A stretch of DNA of 64,000 nucleotides from Eubacterium sp. (lineage in GTDB: Bacteria > Bacillota > Clostridia > Peptostreptococcales > Anaerovoracaceae), in assembly GCA_017533915.1 (NCBI GenBank), contig JAFWHX010000002.1, positions 55,064 to 119,063 of the forward strand. The letters are read 5' to 3'. Under the pieces are notes generated by a model. That model searched no databases. It was not told the DNA's origin and saw only the letters and a list, made by a program, of their open reading frames with translations. Both the position numbers and the translations under genes were made by a program. This document shows, one piece after another, positions 1-10,931 of this stretch; the first letter of the stretch is position 1, and every line of letters begins with the position of its first letter.

Positions 1-401
1 ATGTCAGGCCTGAAATTCTTCGCGATATGCCTTATCGTTTCGAGCACTGCCATAGAGAAGTACGCAACACGCTCTCCGTCGTCAAATTCGCCGTAGATCG
101 CGGCACGCTTAAAGTAGAACTCGTTGTCGAGGAAGTAGTATGTGACTCCGCCCATCCTCATCGTGAAGAGACCGCAGTACTGTTTGCGCCATCCGAGATC
201 CACGTCATAATGCTCTACGTATTTCATCTTCTCCTTATACTTCGCCGGTATCTGGCTGAGGAGCGGCAGGATCACACGGCAGTCCATGTCATCCGACTTC
301 AAGGCAGCCGGCAGCGCGCCTGCAACATCTCCAAGTCCTCCGGTCTTCAGAAACGGCGCACATTCAAACGCCGCGAACAGAACATTAGTCTTCTTTGCCA
401 T
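1..401 (-). CDS. glgA: Glycogen synthase GlgA, N-terminal part only (gene runs off the window start)
   Basis: The minus-strand translation from ATG at 401 reads [31 protein letters not shown], the typical GlgA N-terminus with the KTGGL motif. A GGAGAAG RBS lies 8 nt upstream. It is absent from the ORF track because it has no stop inside the window. Confidence 0.85.
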   Translation of the reverse strand, partial: MAKKTNVLFAAFECAPFLKTGGLGDVAGALPAALKSDDMDCRVILPLLSQIPAKYKEKMKYVEHYDVDLGWRKQYCGLFTMRMGGVTYYFLDNEFYFKRAAIYGEFDDGERVAYFSMAVLETIRHIAKNFRPD

Positions 402-443
402 AACATTCTTCTCCATACTATTCATATTCCAGTTCCAGTGAGA

Positions 444-1547
444 TCATACATGCATGCTCTTAGGAATGATAACTGGCTCGTCCACATCTCCTTCGATCTT
501 GACGCGGTCGCTTACTTTCACGTATTTATCAGCGATCACGTTGTCGAGCATCGCGCCGTCGCCTATATCCACATGCATCATTATGATGCTGTCCTTTACG
601 ACCGCGCCTTTTCCGATATTGACTGACCTGAAGATGATGCTGTTCTCGACTGTGCCTTCTATCCTGCATCCTGTGGAGATGATCGAATTCCTGACGTCGG
701 ATCCCGGTGTGTAGAACGCCGGAGCCTCATCCTGTGTCTTGGTGTAGATCATTCTCTCTTTATTATTGAATACTTCGTTCCTGATCTCGTGGACACACAT
801 GTCCTGGCTGACCTTAAGGTAATCCTGTGTGTCACTCACCTTCCCGAGGTATCCCTTGAACTCATATGTCCCCATATCGACTGTGTCGAGGTTCTTCTTC
901 ATCAGCTGGAACATATCCATGTACTCCAGCGCCTTGAACCAGTCGAGGAACTTGAGCATATATTCTCTGTTGATGATAAAGCATTCCATAAAGTAGTTAG
1001 ACCATCCTCTTGCCTTACTGTTTATGGACGTGACCTTTCCCGACATATCCATGTCGAAGAAATATCCTTTATATTTCTCACCCTTAGGGACTTTCATATA
1101 TACAGCGGTGACATCCTTGCCGGATTCCTGATGGGCTTTGATCAGCGGCTCGAATGACATGTTGTATACGTCGCTCGACCCCGTCACGATCACATAGTCT
1201 GCGTCGTCACGTTCGAGGAACATCCTGTTCTCGATCATGTCACGCATGAGGAATCTGCTCTCACCTGTCTGTACGCCGTAGACCGATCCCGGCATGAGGA
1301 AGAGCCCGCCGCTCTTTCTGTCAAGAGACCATGGGCTTCCTGTTCCGATATGGTCGATCAGGGACCCTGAGTTATATGGCGTGATCACTCCTACAGTCTT
1401 GATCCCTGAGTTTACCATGTTTGAAAGAGCAAAATCGATGAGTCTGTATCTTCCACAGAAAGGAAGAGATGCAAGTGTCCTGTTCTTCGTCAGTCCGCCG
1501 AACCCGTTTCCGGAATATGTAGCGGAGATAAGTCCTATTGTTTTCAT
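444..1547 (-). CDS. glgD: Glucose-1-phosphate adenylyltransferase regulatory subunit GlgD
   Basis: 367 aa with an NTP-transferase fold (GLISATYSG...LASLPFCGRYRLIDFALSNMVNSG) and a left-handed beta-helix C-terminus. It sits directly downstream of glgC, as in Firmicutes glgCD pairs. Confidence 0.9.
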   Translation of the reverse strand: MKTIGLISATYSGNGFGGLTKNRTLASLPFCGRYRLIDFALSNMVNSGIKTVGVITPYNSGSLIDHIGTGSPWSLDRKSGGLFLMPGSVYGVQTGESRFLMRDMIENRMFLERDDADYVIVTGSSDVYNMSFEPLIKAHQESGKDVTAVYMKVPKGEKYKGYFFDMDMSGKVTSINSKARGWSNYFMECFIINREYMLKFLDWFKALEYMDMFQLMKKNLDTVDMGTYEFKGYLGKVSDTQDYLKVSQDMCVHEIRNEVFNNKERMIYTKTQDEAPAFYTPGSDVRNSIISTGCRIEGTVENSIIFRSVNIGKGAVVKDSIIMMHVDIGDGAMLDNVIADKYVKVSDRVKIEGDVDEPVIIPKSMHV

Positions 1548-1560
1548 CTTCTCCTCCTTT

Positions 1561-2694
<1,134 letters not shown>

Positions 2695-2849
2695 AATGCC
2701 TCCTTATATAGTTTATATTACCGAAGCGTCATTACGCTTTATGAGCCATGAGTCGCTCGTGCGGTTTTTCCGTCAGGACCAAGCCAGAAAACGCAAGCTG
2801 TATCGGGAATACAGCGAGGCTTTCTGGCGCCGGTAATGGCGGAAAAGAG

Positions 2850-5267
2850 CTAGAGCGCGTGCCAGATGTCATCCGAATACTCCCTGATCGTGCGGTCACT
2901 TGAGAAGAACGCGGATCTTGCGATATTGATCAGCGACATCCTGCCCCACTTCTCCTTGTCAGAATACAATTTGTCGACGTCTTCCCATGCCTTTACGTAT
3001 GAATCAAAATCTCCGAGTACGAAATATTCATCATTGTATCTCAGGAGAGCGTCGTAGATCTGCCAGAAGTTATAGTTGCACTTTTCGAAGAAGCCGTCTA
3101 CGAGCTGCGCCGTCATGCGCTGGAGCCTCGGGTCATTACCGCACACTTCACCTGAAATGTAGCCGCCGTGTCTGTAGAATTCCTCGACCTCATCTGATGT
3201 GTAGCCGAAGATCCTCATGTTGTCGTCCCCTACGAGACGGTTGATCTCAACATTCGCCCCGTCCATCGTACCGAGCGTGACTGCACCGTTCATCATGAAC
3301 TTCATGTTTCCGGTTCCGCTTGCTTCTTTACCGGCGGTAGATATCTGCTCGCTTATGTCTGCGGCAGGATAGATGAGCTGTGCGTTGGATACGCAGAAAT
3401 TTTCGATGAAGATTACTTTGATCTTGTCGTTTACGTCCGGGTCTGCGTTGATGATGTCAGCAAGGCTGTTTATGAACTTGATCACTTCCTTCGCGAATGC
3501 ATAGCCCTGGGCTGCTTTACCCGCGAAGATGAACGTATATTTGTTTATCGGAAGATCTGGATTCTGCTTCAGCCTGTTGTAGAGGTCGAGGATCTTGAAT
3601 CCGTTCAGAAGCTGCCTCTTGTAGGCGTGCATTCTCTTCACCTGTACGTCGAATATGGAGTCAGGATCGATCTCGATCTCCATGTTCTTCCTGACATATT
3701 CAGCCAGGCGTACTTTGTTCGCGCGCTTCACTGCAGCGAGCTGTTCGAGGAATTCCGGATCGTCGGCAAAGTCTTCAAGCTGTTTTATCTGATCAAAATC
3801 GCGCTGCCAGTCTGTCCCGAGTTTTGAATCGATGAGGTCGGTCAGCTCCGGATTAGCCTGGATCAGAAAGCGCCTGTGGCTGATGCCGTTGGTCTTGTTG
3901 TTGAATCTGGCAGGATCCATCTCGTAGAACTTATGGAACACTGTCTGCTCAAGGATATCTGTATGAAGCGCAGACACACCGTTCACAGAATGGCTGCCGA
4001 TGACTGAAAGGTTTGCCATTCTGACCTGGTTGTCCCAGAGCGGCGCTGTTTCCTTTTCTGTCTCCCACCAGTCGTCTGTCTTTTTCTGAAGCTCTTCCTG
4101 CCATCTCTTGTTGATCTCTTCGATGATCATGTAGATCCTCGGAAGCAGCTCCTGGAAGTACGGGATGTCCCAGCGCTCAAGGGCCTCAGGGAGTACAGTG
4201 TGATTCGTGAATGAGATCGTCCTGGTCGTGATGTCCCAGGCGTCGTTCCACTCAAATCCCTCCTGGTCCATGAGGATCCTCATGAGCTCAGGTATGCACA
4301 TCGTAGGATGTGTGTCATTTATATGGATCTGGACGTGATCCGGAAGCTTTTCAAGGCCTTCGTCTCCGAACTCAGCCTTATATTTTCTTATGATCTTTCC
4401 CATGCCGGCAGCAACGAGGAAGTATTCCTGGCGGAGCCTGAGCCTCTTTCCGATGCCGTTCGAGTCGTCAGGATAGAGTATGCTCGTGATGGCTTCGATC
4501 TCGCTCTTCTCGCGCATCGCTCTTGCATAGTCGCCTTTGTTGAAAGCGTCCATGTCGATAGTGTCGTGCACCGGCTTTGCATCCCAGAGGTAAAGGCGGT
4601 TAAGCGCTTTGCCGTTACGTCCGATAACAGGAACGTCGAACGGGACCGCTCTTACTTCAGTGTAGCCTACATGCTTATATTCCATCTTGCCGTTGTTGTA
4701 GCTTCTGTCGACACGGCCGCCGAATCTCACGATGACAGAGTTTATCGGCTTTGCTCTCTCCCAGATATAGCCGTCATCAAGCCAGGCATCCGGGAGCTCG
4801 ATCTGATAGCCGCTCTCGATCTTCTGCTTAAACAGGCCGAACTTGTAGCGGATGCCCATTCCGTCTCCTCTTATGCCGAGTGCCGCCATAGAATCGATGA
4901 AGCACGCAGCCAGCCTTCCGAGGCCGCCGTTTCCAAGACCAGGCTCCGGCTCGAGTGCCAGGAGATCCTGTATGTCGATCCCGAATTCTTTCAGACCTTG
5001 TTCAGCCTGTTTCCTTATTCCAAGGTTTATAAGATAGTTCTCCATAAGCTTTCCGATAAGGAATTCCATAGAGAAGTAATAGACTCTTTTGTTCTTAGGA
5101 GGCTCGAATGCTGCCGCTGCTTCCGCTCTCGTCTCAGCCTCGCGCTTGATGAGTTCGGCAAGCACCTCGAATTTATCTTCATTGTCCAGCTTGTCCGGCA
5201 GACTGTCGAACATGGATCTGGACAGCTGTACATATTCTGCTTTAAAATCTTCTGATGTTTTGATCAT
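2850..5267 (-). CDS. glgP: Glycogen/maltodextrin phosphorylase
   Basis: 805 aa with GNGGLGRLAACF and the PLP-lysine motif EASGTGNMKFMMNGA. Confidence 0.95.
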   Translation of the reverse strand: MIKTSEDFKAEYVQLSRSMFDSLPDKLDNEDKFEVLAELIKREAETRAEAAAAFEPPKNKRVYYFSMEFLIGKLMENYLINLGIRKQAEQGLKEFGIDIQDLLALEPEPGLGNGGLGRLAACFIDSMAALGIRGDGMGIRYKFGLFKQKIESGYQIELPDAWLDDGYIWERAKPINSVIVRFGGRVDRSYNNGKMEYKHVGYTEVRAVPFDVPVIGRNGKALNRLYLWDAKPVHDTIDMDAFNKGDYARAMREKSEIEAITSILYPDDSNGIGKRLRLRQEYFLVAAGMGKIIRKYKAEFGDEGLEKLPDHVQIHINDTHPTMCIPELMRILMDQEGFEWNDAWDITTRTISFTNHTVLPEALERWDIPYFQELLPRIYMIIEEINKRWQEELQKKTDDWWETEKETAPLWDNQVRMANLSVIGSHSVNGVSALHTDILEQTVFHKFYEMDPARFNNKTNGISHRRFLIQANPELTDLIDSKLGTDWQRDFDQIKQLEDFADDPEFLEQLAAVKRANKVRLAEYVRKNMEIEIDPDSIFDVQVKRMHAYKRQLLNGFKILDLYNRLKQNPDLPINKYTFIFAGKAAQGYAFAKEVIKFINSLADIINADPDVNDKIKVIFIENFCVSNAQLIYPAADISEQISTAGKEASGTGNMKFMMNGAVTLGTMDGANVEINRLVGDDNMRIFGYTSDEVEEFYRHGGYISGEVCGNDPRLQRMTAQLVDGFFEKCNYNFWQIYDALLRYNDEYFVLGDFDSYVKAWEDVDKLYSDKEKWGRMSLINIARSAFFSSDRTIREYSDDIWHAL

Positions 5268-5385
5268 ATGTGCCTTTCCGGGCCGGGTCCACTTTCTTAT
5301 GCTCCTTCAGCATTCCGGCCGCAATTTAAAGTATAATTATCTGATTATCATTATACTCCAAAAGAATAGTGTATTCCATCTGTTT

Positions 5386-5709
5386 TCAGATCAGCATCTG
5401 GATCATCACCATATATGCGATCGTGCCCGCGAGGATACTAAGCACAGAATTACGCTTCCATATCTGCATAAGCACCACGACCGCTGCCGCGGCGAGTTCA
5501 GGCAGCCCGAAGGGAACAGCGGTGAACTCAGTCTCTCTGAGGCAGTATATGACGAGCATACCGATTATAGCAGACGGGAGCACTTTGCCGAGGTAGGCGA
5601 TATATGCAGGTGTCTCTTTGTTGAATACCAGGAACGGAAGGAACCTGAGAAGGATCGTTACCGCTGCCATGACAGCTACGAGTATCGCCGAATAAACATC
5701 ACCGGTCAT
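5386..5709 (-). CDS. azlD: AzlD-family branched-chain amino acid transport protein
   Basis: 107 aa, very hydrophobic. It overlaps the azlC stop by 4 nt, the typical azlCD arrangement. Confidence 0.75.
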   Translation of the reverse strand: MTGDVYSAILVAVMAAVTILLRFLPFLVFNKETPAYIAYLGKVLPSAIIGMLVIYCLRETEFTAVPFGLPELAAAAVVVLMQIWKRNSVLSILAGTIAYMVMIQMLI

Positions 5710-6404
5710 TTTGATGCCTCCTCTCCATTTTCAAGCCTGCCGCGGAATATCGTAAGCACTGCTGTGATCAGGATCATCGCCGGTATCAGGAAGCGGTCAG
5801 GCCTGAACAGAACGAGGCAGATAAGCGTCCCGAAAAGTCCTGTCAGCGCCGGGACATGGTCCCTGGTCTTCAGCCACTGCTCTGTGAATGACGCGATGAA
5901 AAGCGCCGTCATACTGAACTCGATCCCCTCAGTTGAGAACGGCAGTACCGAACCTATCAGGCTTCCAAGCACGCACCCCGTGACCCAGTAGCTGTGGTCG
6001 AACAACGTCACAAAAAACCTGTATCTGTTCAGGTCTTTTTTGTCTATGCCAGGCTCATCGTCCACGCAAAGCAGCGAGTACGTCTCGTCCGTAAGTCCGA
6101 ATATGAGATACGGCTTATATTTTCCGGCGCCTTTATATCTGTCGATCATCGAGATACTGTAGAACAGATGCCTGGCATTCACCATCACCGTCGTTATGGC
6201 AGTCGTGATGATCGAAGCCCCTCCTGTAAGAAGCCCGATCCCCACATACTGCATGGATCCTGCGAAAATAAAAAGCGCCATGGCAAAAGACCACAGCACT
6301 CCGTATCCTGCGTTATCCATCAGTATTCCAAAGCCGATGCCGAGGATAACATATCCCGCCATGACTGGAACTGATTTATAGAACGCTTTTCTTATAATTT
6401 CCAT
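5706..6404 (-). CDS. azlC: AzlC-family branched-chain amino acid permease component
   Basis: 232 aa multi-TM protein with AzlC-like N-terminus KSVPVMAGYVILGIGFGIL and FAGSMQYV. Confidence 0.8.
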   Translation of the reverse strand: MEIIRKAFYKSVPVMAGYVILGIGFGILMDNAGYGVLWSFAMALFIFAGSMQYVGIGLLTGGASIITTAITTVMVNARHLFYSISMIDRYKGAGKYKPYLIFGLTDETYSLLCVDDEPGIDKKDLNRYRFFVTLFDHSYWVTGCVLGSLIGSVLPFSTEGIEFSMTALFIASFTEQWLKTRDHVPALTGLFGTLICLVLFRPDRFLIPAMILITAVLTIFRGRLENGEEASK

Positions 6405-6431
6405 TTACTTACTGTTATCCGGCTTTATCCA

Positions 6432-8615
6432 TCACTTCTTCGCGAAGATACATCCTCCGAGCGGGGGCATCGTTATCCTTATCGAGTACGGCATCCCATG
6501 AGCCGGCTCGTCCACTGCATCTGTAAAACCACGGTTTATCCTGCCGCTCCCGGCGTACTTCACGTCATCAGAATTGATCAGTTCCACATACGCCCCGGGT
6601 CCCGGTACTCCGATCCTGTAGTCATCGTATGTCTCGGCACTTGCGTTAAGCACCACGATCAAAGCCTCGCCGGCATTTGACTCTGCTTCTTCTGCATAGT
6701 TCTCCGTTCCGTTTTCACTTAATGCAGAATCAGCAGGAAAAGCAGCAGAGATGACCTTATCTGTATCGTCAAAGCCGCTTCCTGTGAGGCTCCTGCGTAT
6801 ATACGTGAAGATCTGCTGCCTGCTGTTCTCTGCGTCTATCCAGCGGAAGCCGCGCCAGTCGCTGTCGTTGTCCCATAAGGCCGGGTGTTTTAGATACAGG
6901 TGGTTAATGTCGCGGATGAATTCATTGTATTTTCTGTGATTTTCATGATCCAGCATGAACCACTCAAGTCCTTCATAATCACGCCACTCAATGAATTCAG
7001 CTATCTCATGCCCCATGAAGTTCAGTTTCTTGCCGGGATGCGTCATCTGATACAAAGTGAGCAGGCGTATACCAGCAAACTGCCTCCAGATGTCGCCAGG
7101 CATCTTGCTTATCAGCGATCTCTTGCCGTGCACCACCTCGTCATGCGACAGTGCCAGCACATAATTCTCGTTGAACGCTGCCGCAGGCTGAGTTGAGATC
7201 CTGTCGTGTTCATAACACCTGTCCGGGAAATCCGTCTTCATGTATTCCAGGGTATCGTTCATCCAGCCCATGTGCCATTTATAGTGGAATCCAAGCCCGC
7301 CGGCGTCCGGTGGAGCCGTAACATGAGGCCAAGCTGTGCTCTCTTCGGCAATTGTGAAGACACCTGGCGCCCTGGTCCCGACCATGTAGTTGAATTCCTT
7401 CAGAAACTCCATGGCATCGAGGTCGCGCTCATCGCCAAACATGTTGTATCTCCTCGTTTTTTCGTCCTTCACGCCGAAGTTCAGATAGAGCATGCTCGTA
7501 ACGCTGTCCACCCTTATGCCGTCAACATGATACTCCTCTATCCAGTACATCGCGTTGGAAAGAAGGAAGCTCCTGACCTGCGGACGGCTGAAATCGAACT
7601 TGTATGTGCCCCATTCAGGGTGTTCACACGACTCATAGAGCATATTCCCGTTAAACTGTCCAAGGCCGTGCTCATCCATGCAGAAATGCCCCGGCACCCA
7701 GTCCAGAATGACCCCGATCCCTGCCTGATGGCAGCGATCTATAAGATACCTGAGGTCTCCCGGACTCCCGTATCTGGAACTCGGAGCATAATATCCCGTC
7801 ACCTGATATCCCCATGAAGAATCAAACGGATGCTCCATCAGCGGAAGAAACTCAACATGAGTATAGCCCATACTCTTTAAATAATCCGGAAGGATGTCTG
7901 CAAGCTCCACATATGTGAGGAATGTACCGTCTTCGTGACGGCGCCATGATCCAAGGTGCATCTCATAGATATTCATCGGCGATCTGAATATGTCGCGCCT
8001 CGACCGTGCATCCATCCATTCATCGTCCTGCCACTCATATGTCATATCAGCTATTCTTGATGCTGTGCCTGGTCTGGACTCTGAAGTAAAGGCAAACGGA
8101 TCCGCCTTCATCATATATCTGATCTGCGGCTCCTGAGCTTCCTCACCAGTTTCTGATGCCACATCAGTATCTGCCGTTCTTCTGTCTGCAGAAGCCTGAG
8201 GGGCTTTGACGCCGCCTGACTCTGCGTCATCGCGGTATCCGATGTTGTACTTATACAGCTGCCATGGTCTTGCTCCCGGAACAAAGCCGGTCCAGATCCC
8301 TGAGTGCTGGAGCTCTTTAAGATCATAAACATCTCCGCTCCCCATGACGTTCCAGCCGTTAAAGTCTCCTACGACACGTACTGACTCGACGCCCGGCGCC
8401 CAGACAGTAAATCTTACACCGGATGCCGGACGCTCGCCGGCGTTGAATATATATTCCTCATCCAGGTGAGCGCCGAATGTGTTATATGCGTTGTAATACT
8501 TGCCTTCATTGAACAAATAAATAAGCTCATCTGTAAGCCTGGAGCCTGCTCCTGATTTCTTTTCGCTCATGATTTTTACCGCTTTAACATGCCTTTCTGC
8601 CATTTTGTGCAGCAT
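6432..8615 (-). CDS. glgB: 1,4-alpha-glucan branching enzyme GlgB (start may be an internal Met, e.g. near 8570)
   Basis: 727 aa with a CBM48-like RFTVWAPGVESVRVVGDFNGWN segment and a GH13 catalytic core (GIGVILDWVPGHF, HVDGIRVDSV, AEESTAWP, LSHDEVVHGK). Confidence 0.95.
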   Translation of the reverse strand: MLHKMAERHVKAVKIMSEKKSGAGSRLTDELIYLFNEGKYYNAYNTFGAHLDEEYIFNAGERPASGVRFTVWAPGVESVRVVGDFNGWNVMGSGDVYDLKELQHSGIWTGFVPGARPWQLYKYNIGYRDDAESGGVKAPQASADRRTADTDVASETGEEAQEPQIRYMMKADPFAFTSESRPGTASRIADMTYEWQDDEWMDARSRRDIFRSPMNIYEMHLGSWRRHEDGTFLTYVELADILPDYLKSMGYTHVEFLPLMEHPFDSSWGYQVTGYYAPSSRYGSPGDLRYLIDRCHQAGIGVILDWVPGHFCMDEHGLGQFNGNMLYESCEHPEWGTYKFDFSRPQVRSFLLSNAMYWIEEYHVDGIRVDSVTSMLYLNFGVKDEKTRRYNMFGDERDLDAMEFLKEFNYMVGTRAPGVFTIAEESTAWPHVTAPPDAGGLGFHYKWHMGWMNDTLEYMKTDFPDRCYEHDRISTQPAAAFNENYVLALSHDEVVHGKRSLISKMPGDIWRQFAGIRLLTLYQMTHPGKKLNFMGHEIAEFIEWRDYEGLEWFMLDHENHRKYNEFIRDINHLYLKHPALWDNDSDWRGFRWIDAENSRQQIFTYIRRSLTGSGFDDTDKVISAAFPADSALSENGTENYAEEAESNAGEALIVVLNASAETYDDYRIGVPGPGAYVELINSDDVKYAGSGRINRGFTDAVDEPAHGMPYSIRITMPPLGGCIFAKK

Positions 8616-8686
8616 ATCTTCCAGATATACTCACTCTGGTCTGATCGAATTACGGCAAATACCTTTTTCTGCTTATATCATAGCAC

Positions 8687-8749
8687 AAAAAAACAGAAGC
8701 AGACGTCAATTTCATCTTTCGGCTTCGCCGGATGAGATCCGTCTGCTTC
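8687..8749 (-). terminator. Rho-independent terminator after the lipoprotein gene
   Basis: On the minus strand, GAAGCAGACG pairs with CGTCTGCTTC (10-bp arms, long loop) and is followed by UGUUUUUUU. Confidence 0.6.
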
Positions 8750-8774
8750 CGTCCGTATCCCTGCATTCTATATG

Positions 8775-9281
8775 CTATATCATCTTCGCTTCCCTGAGTG
8801 TGCAGTATTTAGTCCCGCCTTCTTCGTATGTATCAAATGTTCCGATCACTGTTATCTCTGCTCCCTGTTCAGGATAGTCGTCAGGATAGACATGCTCTCC
8901 CTCGAGCTCAAACTCCATACCCTGAGAGCAGCAGGCTGTAGCATCACTGATTATGCATGCGAAATAGTTCTTTCCAGTCGCTTCATCTGTGTAGACTGCG
9001 AACTGCCCGCCCATCTTGATCTCTTTGCCGAGATAATCGTCAGGGCTGGTCAGCATTTCATACACCTGTCCATAGACCATAGTGGAATTAAGGGTCGTGA
9101 GATCAACATCCACATCAGCATCTTCTTCTGCCGCATCAGTCGCAGCTTCCTCCTCTACCGCTGCGCCGCTCTCTGACTGTGCAGCAGCATTATTATCAGA
9201 AGTGCCGGACTTCTCATCTCCACAGCCCGCAGCAAAAGCCATAAGCACGATGATCATAAATACAACTATAGTTCTTTTCAT
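8775..9281 (-). CDS. Lipoprotein of unknown function, last gene of the Zn ABC operon
   Basis: 168 aa with the lipobox LMAFAAGC, an acidic linker, and a Cys-containing C-terminal domain (DATACCSQGMEFELEGEHVYPDDYPEQG). It lies 18 nt downstream of the permease gene. Confidence 0.8.
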   Translation of the reverse strand: MKRTIVVFMIIVLMAFAAGCGDEKSGTSDNNAAAQSESGAAVEEEAATDAAEEDADVDVDLTTLNSTMVYGQVYEMLTSPDDYLGKEIKMGGQFAVYTDEATGKNYFACIISDATACCSQGMEFELEGEHVYPDDYPEQGAEITVIGTFDTYEEGGTKYCTLREAKMI

Positions 9282-9299
9282 AATTATTGCACCATCCTT

Positions 9300-10139
9300 T
9301 CATCTTCTGGATAAAGCAGCTCCTGCAACATAGAACAGGGCAAATACCACGACCTGCACGGCTACGATCGTAGAACCCACTGGCGTCCCGGCAAGTATCG
9401 AAGCGATTATTCCTGTAAACGACGACAGAACAGCTACAACGGCTGAACATACCGTGACGCTGAAGAAACTGCGGAATATGCGCATTGCTGAGAGCGCAGG
9501 GAATATCACGAGCGCCGAGATCAGAAGCGACCCCACCAGATTCATAGCAAGGACTATGATCACGGCAGTTATAACTGCGATCAGAAGATTGTATATATCA
9601 GCATTTGCACCAGTCGCTTTAGCAAAATCCTCATCAAAAGTGACCGCGAAGATCTTATTATAGAGCAGGACAAATATCACTATCACCGCAATAGACAATG
9701 TAATGCAAAGTATTACATCCTTCAGCTCAAGAGTCAGAATCGACGTGGAACCGAACAGTGTGCTGCAGACATCTCCAGATACATTTCCCGATACCGGGAA
9801 CAGATTCATGACCATGTAGCCGAAAGCAAGAGCAGCGACTGAGATCAACGCTATCGCGGCGTCACCTTTGATCTTTGCATTTTTCCCTGCTCTTAGCAGA
9901 AGTACGGCGCTTGCCACAGTTACCGGAAGGACAAGCAGCATCTCATCTGAAAGTCCCATGACGCTCGCTACTGCCATAGCGCCGAATGCGACATGTGACA
10001 ATCCGTCACCGATGAATGAGAATCTTCTGAGAACGAGTGTCACACCAAGCAGTGATGAGCAGAGTGCTATAAACACACCGACTATCAGTGCGTACTGCAC
10101 GAAAGGATACTGAAGATATACTGTAAGCTTCTCTAGCAT
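9300..10139 (-). CDS. znuB: Metal (Zn/Mn-type) ABC transporter permease
   Basis: 279 aa, about 8 TM segments, ABC-3 family pattern (LVLRRFSFIGDGLSHVAFGA). It overlaps the ATPase gene stop. Confidence 0.85.
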   Translation of the reverse strand: MLEKLTVYLQYPFVQYALIVGVFIALCSSLLGVTLVLRRFSFIGDGLSHVAFGAMAVASVMGLSDEMLLVLPVTVASAVLLLRAGKNAKIKGDAAIALISVAALAFGYMVMNLFPVSGNVSGDVCSTLFGSTSILTLELKDVILCITLSIAVIVIFVLLYNKIFAVTFDEDFAKATGANADIYNLLIAVITAVIIVLAMNLVGSLLISALVIFPALSAMRIFRSFFSVTVCSAVVAVLSSFTGIIASILAGTPVGSTIVAVQVVVFALFYVAGAALSRR

Positions 10140-10909
10140 TCTACATCACCTTCTTTCTGACCGTCACGATCCATATCATCAGATGATCTGTCTCCATGGA
10201 CTGATGACGCCGCGGCGTCAGATGCTCTGAACAGCTTTCCGGCTTCACTTTCCAGATATTCCCTGGTCGTTCCAAAGAAGATCGTATCTCCGATATGAAG
10301 GATATGACTTGCATATTTCACGGCAGCGCCGATATCGTGGGATATCATTATTATCGCAGTCCCTTCTTTGTTCAGGCGGCTTATCAGTTCATACATGTCA
10401 GCGGTGACTTTCGGATCCAGCCCCGTGACAGGCTCATCAAGCAGCAGTATCATTTCAGTCGCGCAGAGAGCACGCGCAAGAAGGACTCTCTGCTGCTGCC
10501 CTCCGGAAAGATCTCTGTAACAGCGATCCTCAAGATCATCTATGCTCATCCTCTTCATACATGCCTCTGCTGTCTGCCTTTCATCTGCTGTATAAAAAGG
10601 CCTGAGTCCGCATTTCCCCTGAAATCCGGACATAACGATCTCCTTGACAGATGCCGGGAAATCTCGCTGAACATCAGTCTGCTGCGGGAGATATCCTATC
10701 TGGCTCATCTTAAGCCCGTCCCCCATAATGATCTTCCCGCCGATCGGTCGCTGCAGTCCCAGAAGAGTCTTCATTAAAGTACTCTTCCCTGAGCCGTTCT
10801 CACCTACTATACACAGGTAGTCTCCTGGATCCACCTTGCAGTTAAGATCGCTCACTATAACATGAGACTCATAACCCAGGCACAGATCCTCTGTTTTGAT
10901 CAGTGACAT
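10133..10909 (-). CDS. znuC: Metal ABC transporter ATP-binding protein
   Basis: Walker A GENGSGKST, signature LSGGQQQR, Walker B LLLDEP. Confidence 0.9.
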   Translation of the reverse strand: MSLIKTEDLCLGYESHVIVSDLNCKVDPGDYLCIVGENGSGKSTLMKTLLGLQRPIGGKIIMGDGLKMSQIGYLPQQTDVQRDFPASVKEIVMSGFQGKCGLRPFYTADERQTAEACMKRMSIDDLEDRCYRDLSGGQQQRVLLARALCATEMILLLDEPVTGLDPKVTADMYELISRLNKEGTAIIMISHDIGAAVKYASHILHIGDTIFFGTTREYLESEAGKLFRASDAAASSVHGDRSSDDMDRDGQKEGDVEC

Positions 10910-10931
10910 TCGTTCTCCTCCCCTATAACGA

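Noticed and set aside
27-626. 199-aa plus-strand ORF at the window start
   Set aside because: It overlaps the glgA N-terminus and glgD C-terminus on the opposite strand, both with clear family motifs. Its translation has no recognisable features.
4308-5255. 315-aa plus-strand ORF inside glgP
   Set aside because: It is fully nested antisense to a well-supported 805-aa phosphorylase gene. The composition is typical of shadow frames, and it has no RBS or recognisable domain.
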